Below are positions 9,977 to 19,399 of a DNA stretch of 64,000 nucleotides, in pieces. How positions within the stretch are numbered: the first letter of the stretch is position 1; every line of letters begins with the position of its first letter. The translations under genes and the position numbers were made by a program. The notes under the pieces are model-generated. The model saw nothing but the letters and a program-made list of their open reading frames with translations. It searched no databases and was not told where the DNA came from. Source of the DNA: a virus (taxonomy: Duplodnaviria > Caudoviricetes); IMG/VR virus record IMGVR_UViG_3300024229_000651. The stretch is one strand, 5' to 3'.

Positions 9977-10962
9977 TGACAGAACCAACTAACTGGACGT
10001 TAGACAACGACTTTAAGCTCCCCGGCGTAGAACCTCATGAAGTAAAGGGTGGGTTTGCCATACAGGATCCTACTGTAACAGCAGCACTGAGCGAGCATTT
10101 ACAAGGCTATGATTGGGCAAAATTTTTAAAAAACGATGGCCGATTAGACGAACTGCAAAAAACTTACATCAACACTTTTACAAATTGGATAGAATCATCT
10201 GTAAATAATAATGTATTGTTAGGGGAGTTCAAACACGCAACAATAACAAACGGTACAAGCGAATCCTTCCAGATGTTTATGCAGAGACATAATCATCGAA
10301 CATTTAAGTTGAGGCGGGGAGAGTTTATGATGCATAAAATTACTGCAAATAACATGAATTTAGATTGGGCTTACCTTTGGGAAACTGAAGAGCAGGAAGG
10401 AATAATGCGTGAGCTTACTCCACACGATGCTGTAATACTAAGTTTGCCTTATAGTAACACCTGCAGTCTAGAATCGATGTATTCAGCAAAACAAATATTA
10501 ACTTGTTGTAATAACCTAAATATCCCAGTGTTGTTAGACCTAGCATATTTCGGAACAACAACAGACATTGAGTTAGACTTAAATGATCCTATTTACAACT
10601 GTGTAGAAGATGTTGTTTTCAGTTTAGGAAAAACGTTTCCGTTGATAGGGGCAAGACCGGGAATCAGGTTTCAGCGGACTGTTACTGATGATGCTGTTTA
10701 TTTTGCTAATCAACATGGCATTGTTAATAACTTTGCATGTGTTGCCGGGGTCTATGCTATGAATAATTTTTCAGCTGATTACACATATAACAAATATGCA
10801 AGCACTGCTGAAGCAGTAGCAAACGCATTAGATGCAACATTGTCTAAGAGTGTGTTGTTCGCAACTAGTCTTATGCCTAGATATGACAGTATAAAACGTG
10901 TAGAGCATGAACCCACGAGACTCTGCATAAGCAATTTAATTACAAGGATACAGAATGACTGA
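9976..10962 (+). CDS. PLP-dependent aminotransferase-like (fold type I) enzyme
   Basis: LLDLAY (DxAY) and FSLGKTFPLIGARPG (Schiff-base Lys motif). Confidence 0.7.
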   Translation: MTEPTNWTLDNDFKLPGVEPHEVKGGFAIQDPTVTAALSEHLQGYDWAKFLKNDGRLDELQKTYINTFTNWIESSVNNNVLLGEFKHATITNGTSESFQMFMQRHNHRTFKLRRGEFMMHKITANNMNLDWAYLWETEEQEGIMRELTPHDAVILSLPYSNTCSLESMYSAKQILTCCNNLNIPVLLDLAYFGTTTDIELDLNDPIYNCVEDVVFSLGKTFPLIGARPGIRFQRTVTDDAVYFANQHGIVNNFACVAGVYAMNNFSADYTYNKYASTAEAVANALDATLSKSVLFATSLMPRYDSIKRVEHEPTRLCISNLITRIQND

Positions 10963-12409
10963 CGATACAAACAACGGATCTAATGACGAAAAGCGTCAAC
11001 AGAATATGTTCGGCTACACTTATTGGGATTACGAGTACACAGACTTATTTACTACAGACTATCCTGAATGTGCGCTAATGTGGTCTCATATGAGCAACGA
11101 GCCGGGTGGCACTGTGCGGTCATGTTGCATTGCTACAAATCGTGTTATGGATGATCTAAATAGAGATTTTAATCTAGGTACAACTAATCCTGTAGAAATT
11201 TTAAGATCAAACAACATGGCACAGATGAGAAACAAACTACGCAGTAATCAATTAATTAAAAACTGTGAAACATGTTGGATTGACGAAGCTAACGGTAAAG
11301 AATCTAAACGTCAGAAATATAATCAATATTATAAAAATTGGTATGGTGACAACGGCATAGCATGGCCCGAAGAAGGCACAGAGTATGTAAAGTTGTTAGA
11401 TATGCAATTGATATTTGATAATACATGCAATTTAAAATGTAGAAGTTGTAATGCAAACTACAGTAGTAAGTGGGTTGAAGAAGCAAATGACAGAAAGGTT
11501 CCTTACTGGAAGACTGAGTCTGACATTGACATGATGGATATGGAAAACTCTAAGTTTTGGACAGAGTTTGACATATGGACAAAAGACTTGCAACGTCTAG
11601 AGATCATGGGCGGCGAACCTTTCTATGTAAAAGAGTTTAAAAACTTTGTGGACAAACTTGTAGAGTCCGGGAAGTCACGTGATATTGATTTATCTTTAAG
11701 TACTAACGGAACTATTGTAGATGAAATATTTTTAGATAAGATCGTACAAAACTTTAAACGTGTTTCGTTTAGTATTAGTATAGATGGCATAGGGAAAAGA
11801 TTTGAATATTTAAGGCACCCTGGCAATTGGGATTCAGTGAAGGAAAACTTAGACTATTTTTATAAATTGCATAATAGTGACTACCCTGTTACAATACAAA
11901 TAACACACACAGTAACTTCGCTGAATGTGATGTACATGCCAGAGTTTTACGATTTTTTCGATAAGACGTATCCCACATTTAAAATATGGAATAACATAGC
12001 ACACTTTCCGAAGTGGATAACTGCTAGTGTTCTTCCTGCATTTGCTAAAAAACAAATAACACAATTATTATCAGAACATGATTTTAAATCCTACGCTCAA
12101 GAAATAAATGCGGTAGTGAACTATATGAACACGCCTTTATACGATGAAGGAAGCAGTGTAGATGACAGCCTTAAAAGCAAATTTACACAAGATAAATTAG
12201 ATTTTTTCGATCAACGCAGTATAGAAAAGAAATGGGAAATACATAAAAACCAAATTGTGAGTGGAGATATATACAGAGATGAGAACTTTATTGACACATT
12301 CCCTGAGCTGTATGGCTTAGTTAAAGATTCGTTTGACTACGAAGCAGAGCTTAACGAAGTAAAAGAAAACGGCTGGAAAGTACACAGCACCAGAGACCTT
12401 GTTCAGTGA
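10955..12409 (+). CDS. N-twitch radical SAM protein (rSAM-3)
   Basis: CNLKCRSC, MGGEPF, N-terminal CALMW...SCC...CETCW. Confidence 0.9.
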   Translation: MTDDTNNGSNDEKRQQNMFGYTYWDYEYTDLFTTDYPECALMWSHMSNEPGGTVRSCCIATNRVMDDLNRDFNLGTTNPVEILRSNNMAQMRNKLRSNQLIKNCETCWIDEANGKESKRQKYNQYYKNWYGDNGIAWPEEGTEYVKLLDMQLIFDNTCNLKCRSCNANYSSKWVEEANDRKVPYWKTESDIDMMDMENSKFWTEFDIWTKDLQRLEIMGGEPFYVKEFKNFVDKLVESGKSRDIDLSLSTNGTIVDEIFLDKIVQNFKRVSFSISIDGIGKRFEYLRHPGNWDSVKENLDYFYKLHNSDYPVTIQITHTVTSLNVMYMPEFYDFFDKTYPTFKIWNNIAHFPKWITASVLPAFAKKQITQLLSEHDFKSYAQEINAVVNYMNTPLYDEGSSVDDSLKSKFTQDKLDFFDQRSIEKKWEIHKNQIVSGDIYRDENFIDTFPELYGLVKDSFDYEAELNEVKENGWKVHSTRDLVQ

Positions 12410-13728
12410 GCGAAACAGGCACCGATAAGTTATGCGGTTTACTGTGGGGATCGTTGTGTAACGAACCAGGCGGCACAGTGAGGTCGTGTTGTATCTCAAG
12501 AGAAAAGTTACATGATGCCAACAATAAAAACTTTAATCTTGCGACAACAAATCCACTGAATGTTTTAAAATCTACACAAGCTAAATGGTTAAGGAAAGAA
12601 CTGCTGGCAGGAAGAAAACCACCACAGTGCGATACATGCTGGATCGACGAAGCAAATGGCAAAGAATCCAAAAGACAAATGTACAACGGATTCTTTGATC
12701 AGTGGTATAAGAATCAAGGAACAGTTTGGTCAAACAATATACAAGAAGACGATATAAAACTAATCGATATCCAATTAATATTCGGCAACACATGCAATCT
12801 AAAATGCAGAAGTTGTAATCCTAACTATAGTAGTAAGTGGGTTGAGGAAGCTGCTGATAGGAATTTTGCAGAGCAGTTTGGCATTGACCGTGATGTAATA
12901 GACATGAATGATCCTGAGAATTCTAAATTTTGGACAGAGTTTGACGAATGGACTGCACACTTAGGCCGAATAGAAATAATGGGCGGTGAGCCTTTTTATG
13001 TAAAAGAATTTAGAAATTTCATAAACAAGCTAATAGATTCTGATAGGGCTCGGCATATTGAGCTTTCTTTAAGCACCAACGGCACAATACTTGACAAAGA
13101 ATTTTTAAATAAGATAATTAACAATTTTAAAGAAGTTGCGTTTAGTGTTAGCATTGACGGCATACATAGCAAGTTCGAGTACTTACGTAATCCTGCAAAG
13201 TGGAGTGAAGTAAAAGATAATCTAGATTACTTTTATAAAATACACACAGACGAAAATTACCCTGTAGTTATACAAATCACACATACTGTAACGGCACTGA
13301 ATATAATGAGCCTAGGAGAGTTCCATAATTATTTCGAGACACATTACCCTGAGTTCCACATATGGGATAATGTTGCACACTATCCTAAATGGTTAACACC
13401 TAGTGTGTTACCTAATTATGTTAAAAAACATATAACAGACAGTCTAGGAAAAACTAATTTTAATAATGCATCGGAGATTCAATCGATAATTAATTATATG
13501 AACACTGAATTATACACAGGCGAGACAGCACCACACGAAACTGTAGAAGTAAAATGGCAAACATTTAAAGATCAGACTGTTAGTGCAGATAAGTATAGAG
13601 GAGAAGATTTTAGAAATGTTTTCCCAGACTTGTGGGACTTAATACAACATGAATTCGATTACTCTGCAATACTTTCGAGTATAAACAATAACGGGTACCA
13701 TAGCTATGGCCCAGGGGAATTTTCATAA
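12406..13728 (+). CDS. N-twitch radical SAM protein (rSAM-4), close tandem paralog of rSAM-3
   Basis: CNLKCRSC, MGGEPF, NEPGGTVRSCC identical to rSAM-3. Confidence 0.9.
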   Translation: MSETGTDKLCGLLWGSLCNEPGGTVRSCCISREKLHDANNKNFNLATTNPLNVLKSTQAKWLRKELLAGRKPPQCDTCWIDEANGKESKRQMYNGFFDQWYKNQGTVWSNNIQEDDIKLIDIQLIFGNTCNLKCRSCNPNYSSKWVEEAADRNFAEQFGIDRDVIDMNDPENSKFWTEFDEWTAHLGRIEIMGGEPFYVKEFRNFINKLIDSDRARHIELSLSTNGTILDKEFLNKIINNFKEVAFSVSIDGIHSKFEYLRNPAKWSEVKDNLDYFYKIHTDENYPVVIQITHTVTALNIMSLGEFHNYFETHYPEFHIWDNVAHYPKWLTPSVLPNYVKKHITDSLGKTNFNNASEIQSIINYMNTELYTGETAPHETVEVKWQTFKDQTVSADKYRGEDFRNVFPDLWDLIQHEFDYSAILSSINNNGYHSYGPGEFS

Positions 13729-14972
13729 TGACAGACACATATTGCCCTTTACCTTGGCAGCATTTGGCAACACATCCTCATGGTGGAGTAACACTGTGCT
13801 GTATAAGCGATCATACAGATGGCTTAAACAGAGCAAGGAATTTTAAACAAGACTACGACGAGTTTTTAGATTTAAACAAGCAAGATATTAATAGCTTGAT
13901 GAACAGCGACTACTATAAAGAAGTTCGCACACAAATGTTAAATAATGAAAAGCCTAAAGCATGCATGAGATGTTATGATGAAGAAGCTAAGGGCATAAAG
14001 AGTAAGAGACAACATGAGAAAACAATATTTCCATCGTACGACAGCAATTATGCATCCAAACTTACTAATGCGGATGGGAGCATACCTATGGACCTTCGTT
14101 TTGTTGAGCTTCGTCTTGGCAACGTATGTAACGTTCGGTGCCGTACATGCAATCCTGCAAGCAGTAGTAAATGGCTTGAAGACTATAAAGACATTGTGGA
14201 GAAAGCTGACTTTGTCAACAAAGGTTACTTAGGACTTGACTTCCCTGGAGATTTTAAGTGGGCCGAAGACGATAACTTTTATGACGACTTATATGACTCT
14301 GCGCCTAATCTAGAAGTAATTTATATCAACGGCGGCGAGCCTACATTAATAAAACAGCATTGGACATATTTAAAAAAATTAGTTGCAAGTGGCAGAAGCA
14401 AGGATATTATACTATGGTATAACATTAACTGTACTATGCTTCCTCCTATAGCATTAGAACTTTGGCCTCACTTTAAAGAAGCAAGAATATGTTTAAGCAT
14501 TGATGACTTAGATGATAGGAATGCGTTTATAAGAACGAATACAAATTGGAACGCTGTATTAAAAACTATAGATACATTATTACCACTACAGGATAAATTA
14601 ACATTACGAATTACACAAACAGTGAGTGCTTATAATTATGCTACATTGCCTGAGTTTTTTAAATGGGCAGATAGCATTGGGGTAGAAGTTGATATGAACT
14701 TCGTGTATGATCCCGATTACCTAAGTCCTGGAGTTATACCTCCTAAGGCAAGAGAGTTGATACATACAGAATTTAGACAAGCATTAGGCAATGATCATAA
14801 ATTAAGCACGTTACTTAGTATGTTTAATAACGAAGACTGGGATGAATTAAAGTGGGAACAGTTTTGCCGCTTTAACGATTTACTAGACAATAACGATAAC
14901 AGCGAATGGAGAAGTACATTTACAAAGTTAGTAGATGTAGTAGATGCAAGTGGATATACTAGCATTTACTAG
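13728..14972 (+). CDS. N-twitch radical SAM protein (rSAM-5)
   Basis: CNVRCRTC, NGGEPT, YCPLPW...LCC...CMRCY. Confidence 0.9.
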   Translation: MTDTYCPLPWQHLATHPHGGVTLCCISDHTDGLNRARNFKQDYDEFLDLNKQDINSLMNSDYYKEVRTQMLNNEKPKACMRCYDEEAKGIKSKRQHEKTIFPSYDSNYASKLTNADGSIPMDLRFVELRLGNVCNVRCRTCNPASSSKWLEDYKDIVEKADFVNKGYLGLDFPGDFKWAEDDNFYDDLYDSAPNLEVIYINGGEPTLIKQHWTYLKKLVASGRSKDIILWYNINCTMLPPIALELWPHFKEARICLSIDDLDDRNAFIRTNTNWNAVLKTIDTLLPLQDKLTLRITQTVSAYNYATLPEFFKWADSIGVEVDMNFVYDPDYLSPGVIPPKARELIHTEFRQALGNDHKLSTLLSMFNNEDWDELKWEQFCRFNDLLDNNDNSEWRSTFTKLVDVVDASGYTSIY

Positions 14973-15714
14973 ACCCAAGTTAGTACTATTAAGATGTCTG
15001 ATGCACATCGGATTAGCTACGGCATTAGTTATTGGTCCAACTAATTATTTGTGGGTAAGTCTCGCTGTGTACGTTTGGTTTGCAAGTATAGGAAATAGTA
15101 TAGGGCAACATAGATACTTTGCGCACAAAACTTTTACGACAAGCAAGTTTTGGGAAAATATTCTATTAATAAGTGCAACATTAGCCAGCGTTAGTAGTGT
15201 GTTCGGATACATTGTTACACATAGGGAACACCATAAGTACACAGATGAAAACAAAGACCCGCATAGCCCGCACCACATGACATTGTGGCAAAGCTGGACT
15301 TTGGATTTAACAGACACAGGAAGATGGGACTTAAGAAATGCAAAGGATTGGATCAGGCACAACGGTGTAATGAATACTCATAAATATTTCTTTGCTTATA
15401 TATTGACCTATGTTATAATACTTGCTGTAATAGATCCCTTGTTAATAATCTATGCATATCTAGTTCCGGCAAGTCTGTGCGTGTTTGCAACCGGAGCATT
15501 TAATACATGGGGACACGGAAAAGGCTTAAAGTTTTTAGGCTATAGAACATGGAGCACAAACGACAAGAGCGTTAATCATCATTTAGTTAATCTCATAACA
15601 CTAGGAGAAGGATGGCACAATAACCATCATTCGAAACCAGGCAATTGGTACCAGGGTGAAAAGTGGTGGGAGTGGGATTTTAACGGACGGGTAATACAAT
15701 TAATAAAACACTGA
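14944..15714 (+). CDS. Membrane fatty acid desaturase (delta-9-like)
   Basis: His boxes HRYFAH, HREHH and HNNHH; hydrophobic segments; GEGWHNNHH. Confidence 0.9.
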   Translation: MQVDILAFTRPKLVLLRCLMHIGLATALVIGPTNYLWVSLAVYVWFASIGNSIGQHRYFAHKTFTTSKFWENILLISATLASVSSVFGYIVTHREHHKYTDENKDPHSPHHMTLWQSWTLDLTDTGRWDLRNAKDWIRHNGVMNTHKYFFAYILTYVIILAVIDPLLIIYAYLVPASLCVFATGAFNTWGHGKGLKFLGYRTWSTNDKSVNHHLVNLITLGEGWHNNHHSKPGNWYQGEKWWEWDFNGRVIQLIKH

Positions 15715-15722
15715 AATACAAT

Positions 15723-16916
15723 TTGAAAAGAAAGTTTACAGTTCATTTTGAATTAACTAGCACTTGTCAAGCCGCATGTCCTAACTGTGCAAGAAATGTA
15801 GGCGGGGTCGAGTTACCTTGGTTGGGGAAAACAGAACTAAGATTACCTGATGTCAAAAAAATACTACAAGGTACACAACTAGTAAAACAAAGCGATATAC
15901 TATACTGTGGTACACACGGTGACCCGGCTGCTGCTAAAGACCTATTGCCGATAATTGAATGGATACAAGATCAGCCGTACGAAGCAGGAAATAAAAGACG
16001 ACAACAGATTAATACAAACGGCGGTCTGCGTGATAAAGATTTTTGGAATAGATTAGGAAAACATTTTAATAAACAGCACGACCGCGGACACGTTGTATTC
16101 AGTATAGACGGATTAGAAGATACAAATCATATATACAGAAAAGGAGTCAGCTGGTCTCGTGTGTGGGAAAATTTAAATGCATACGTTAATGCAGGCGGCG
16201 AAGCAGTTTGGGACTATCTCGTGTTTGGTCATAACAAACATCAAGTCGATGAAGCTGAACGTATTGCTAAAAGCATGGGTATAACATTTGTAAAAAAAAG
16301 ACCGCACGGTTTCGATCAAACAGCAGGACAACTAGATAGCGAACAACATATGCACACATACGATACGAATGGAAACTATGAGTACAGTATTTCTAAGGAT
16401 ACTGATGTGGTATACTTTGAAGAAGAAGAAAACAGTAAGCCCGGTGCTAATTTGAGTCGTGTGCAGAATAGTGGTATAACACTTACAGAAAAAGAAAACA
16501 ACTATAGCAAAGAATCGAAAATACGATGTAAGAGTTTAAGTAGAGGAACAGACCGAACAGTTTTTAGTCAGGATATTTATGTCAAAAGTGACGGACATTT
16601 GTTGCCCTGTTGTCACATGGATGTGGTTACAACAACAAACTCTTATAATTTTGGCCATCAACAAATGAAAGATACTGTCGCCGGCATATATAACATGTTA
16701 GATGTAGTTAACAACGATATAGACAAGATGATCGAAAGCGATACATTTAAAAAAACATTTTTCGATACACAAATTTTAGAATCTGCCGAGGAAGGCAAAC
16801 CTATGTTTTGTGTTGATACTTGCGGCGGCAACACGCCAAGGGATATGTTATTCACGGCACATCAAGACAGTAACAATGCCACAGCAACTAAACTATCAAA
16901 ATTATTAGGATTATAA
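15723..16916 (+). CDS. Radical SAM protein with C-terminal SPASM/twitch Cys cluster (rSAM-6)
   Basis: CQAACPNC near the N-terminus, CGTHGDP, C-terminal RCKS...DGHLLPCC...FCVDTC; TTG start. Confidence 0.85.
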   Translation: MKRKFTVHFELTSTCQAACPNCARNVGGVELPWLGKTELRLPDVKKILQGTQLVKQSDILYCGTHGDPAAAKDLLPIIEWIQDQPYEAGNKRRQQINTNGGLRDKDFWNRLGKHFNKQHDRGHVVFSIDGLEDTNHIYRKGVSWSRVWENLNAYVNAGGEAVWDYLVFGHNKHQVDEAERIAKSMGITFVKKRPHGFDQTAGQLDSEQHMHTYDTNGNYEYSISKDTDVVYFEEEENSKPGANLSRVQNSGITLTEKENNYSKESKIRCKSLSRGTDRTVFSQDIYVKSDGHLLPCCHMDVVTTTNSYNFGHQQMKDTVAGIYNMLDVVNNDIDKMIESDTFKKTFFDTQILESAEEGKPMFCVDTCGGNTPRDMLFTAHQDSNNATATKLSKLLGL

Positions 16917-16917
16917 C

Positions 16918-18216
16918 ATGAGCGAAACAAACATAACACTACAGGAAATTAAGGAGCTAGCCGAAGGAGAAGCGTTCTGCATATTACCTTGGATACACAT
17001 GCATCCGTGGCCAGATGGTAGAGTATTCACTTGTTGTTTAAGCGAACACGATTCCCCGATTGGTAACCTAAATGAAATGGATCTCGACGAGTGTTATAAT
17101 AGCGACACTATGAAGCAGTTTAGATTAGACATGTTAAATAATAAGAAGGTGTCCAATTGTAACAGGTGTTACGAGTTAGAAGAGCTGGGACACGATACAT
17201 TGCGAAAAAGAAGCAATGGCGAGTTCGTACAGGAACGCTATAATCTACATGAGTCTAAAGCAGACGTTGTACAGCAAACAAACGAAGACGGCAGTGTAGA
17301 CAAAGTTAACCTCACATATGTAGATATTCGTTTTAGTAATATATGTAATATGCGATGCAGAACATGCGGACCAGACCTAAGCAGTCAGTGGTTCGAAGAT
17401 GCTGTTGACAGTAAGTATAATAGAACCCCAGAGCAAAAAATCCTACAAATACGGAAAGGTAATACAGCATTTATGGAGCAGTTCGACCCGTACTTGGATA
17501 CTGTTGAAAAAATATATTGGGCTGGCGGCGAACCACTCATAATGGATGAACACTGGTACATAATGAACAAACTTGTGGAGTTAGGCAAAGGTACTGCTGG
17601 AAGCCCGTTGAGAATTTTTTATAATACAAACTTTAGCAAATTAACATACAAAGACTTCGATGCTATAGAATTATGGAAGAATTTTGATAATCTCAGTATC
17701 GGTGCTAGTTTAGATGCGTCAGGCAAAAAAGCAGAATACTTGCGCAAGGGTACTAAATGGTCCGAGACTCTTGACAATAGATGGCGTGTTAGAGATGAAC
17801 TAAAACAACACGACTTCAATATCAGTTGTACAGTAAGTATGTTTAACGTGTTAGACGTATGTGATTTTTATAGAGAGATGTGTGACATAGGCTTTATAGA
17901 GCCTAAAGACTTTGGTGTAAACATTTTATTGGGTAAATCCATACACAGAGCAACTGTGTTACCTAAGCACATGAGAGAAGAAGCACAACGGCGAATAGAA
18001 GAAACCCTCGACTGGATTGACGGACAGGATCCTGTAGGTCGAGTGACAGATACATTTAAGAGTTTACATCAGTTCCTGGACGGCGATGATAGTGACAAGT
18101 TAGCAGACAGTATGGCCGAAGCAAAAGAAATGGATCGATTCAGAGACGAAACATTGTTTGACGTTTTTCCTGAGTTAGAAGAACTACGTCCTATTTACGA
18201 GGCAGCAGATGAGTAA
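16918..18216 (+). CDS. N-twitch radical SAM protein (rSAM-7)
   Basis: CNMRCRTC, AGGEPL, FCILPW...TCC...CNRCY. Confidence 0.9.
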   Translation: MSETNITLQEIKELAEGEAFCILPWIHMHPWPDGRVFTCCLSEHDSPIGNLNEMDLDECYNSDTMKQFRLDMLNNKKVSNCNRCYELEELGHDTLRKRSNGEFVQERYNLHESKADVVQQTNEDGSVDKVNLTYVDIRFSNICNMRCRTCGPDLSSQWFEDAVDSKYNRTPEQKILQIRKGNTAFMEQFDPYLDTVEKIYWAGGEPLIMDEHWYIMNKLVELGKGTAGSPLRIFYNTNFSKLTYKDFDAIELWKNFDNLSIGASLDASGKKAEYLRKGTKWSETLDNRWRVRDELKQHDFNISCTVSMFNVLDVCDFYREMCDIGFIEPKDFGVNILLGKSIHRATVLPKHMREEAQRRIEETLDWIDGQDPVGRVTDTFKSLHQFLDGDDSDKLADSMAEAKEMDRFRDETLFDVFPELEELRPIYEAADE

Positions 18217-19375
18217 CCTACCAGAACATTTTTGCATATTACCTTGGATCAATCAAGAAGCACGAACTAACGGAGAAATTGGTGTGTGCTGTGTTATGCA
18301 AGAGACTGTACCCGATATGAACTTAGCGGACGGAGCCACACTAAAGGACGCTTGGGATAGTAAGTGGTTAGCAGATTTAAAAGAAGACTTCTTAGCAGGA
18401 GAGAAACCTTCAGCATGTTACAACTGTTGGAACGAAGAGAAGGCTGGAATTGACAGTAAGCGTTTACGAGAGTTACGGAAGTTCCCACATCACTTAGAAG
18501 ATTTAGATCATCTTAAACCAAAGAGCATGGATTTAAAACTAGGTAATATATGTAACACCAAGTGCAGAATATGCACAGGGTTTGCAAGTAGTCAATGGGT
18601 TCCAGAAGAAATCGAACGTGACGGAGAAACAAATCAATTTGCACAACTTATGGGACGTCTAGGTCGTTGGCCAGAACTCAATGAGCAGTTTTGGGATGAT
18701 CTAGAAAGTCAGATCGAAGAAGTAGAAAGTCTAGAGTTTTTCGGAGGCGAGCCGTTTTTAATTAAACGACACTTCGAGATATTGCAAACACTTGCAGACA
18801 AAGGCAGAGCCAAAGACATTAGTTTAAGTTACAATACAAACGGTTCTATATTCCCTGAACAGCACATAGATCTGTTATCACAGTTCAAAGATGTGCAAGT
18901 GTTTTTCAGTATAGACGGTGTAGGCGAAAGATTTAATTACATACGCCACCCAGGCAAATTTGAAGATGTAATGGAAAACTATTATAAGTTTAGATCAGTG
19001 CCTAAGATACGAACAAACATTTTTTATACTGTAAGTTTGTTTAACATAATGTATATGGATGAATTATTAGAATACCAAAAAGAAAATGATATAGAAACAG
19101 AGATACATTTTAATATGGTATACGTACCACATCATATCAGTCCTAAAGCATTACCCGAAACTGCAAAAAAAGCTATAACAGAAAAATTTAAAGATCACAC
19201 AGATCATAGAATACAAAGCACACTAAATTTTATGAATCAAGAAGATTATGATGGGTACTTAGACGAACTAGTTAGACAGGTGCAATTCAGCGATAAGTAT
19301 AGAGATGAAAGCATAGCAAAAACGTTCCCTGAGCTTTATCAATATCTTAAGCCTTGGTTCGAGCCTAAACAATAA
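18209..19375 (+). CDS. N-twitch radical SAM protein (rSAM-8)
   Basis: CNTKCRIC, FGGEPF, FCILPW...VCC...CYNCW. Confidence 0.9.
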   Translation: MSNLPEHFCILPWINQEARTNGEIGVCCVMQETVPDMNLADGATLKDAWDSKWLADLKEDFLAGEKPSACYNCWNEEKAGIDSKRLRELRKFPHHLEDLDHLKPKSMDLKLGNICNTKCRICTGFASSQWVPEEIERDGETNQFAQLMGRLGRWPELNEQFWDDLESQIEEVESLEFFGGEPFLIKRHFEILQTLADKGRAKDISLSYNTNGSIFPEQHIDLLSQFKDVQVFFSIDGVGERFNYIRHPGKFEDVMENYYKFRSVPKIRTNIFYTVSLFNIMYMDELLEYQKENDIETEIHFNMVYVPHHISPKALPETAKKAITEKFKDHTDHRIQSTLNFMNQEDYDGYLDELVRQVQFSDKYRDESIAKTFPELYQYLKPWFEPKQ

Positions 19376-19399
19376 GTAGTAGCACACAAGGAGAAATAA

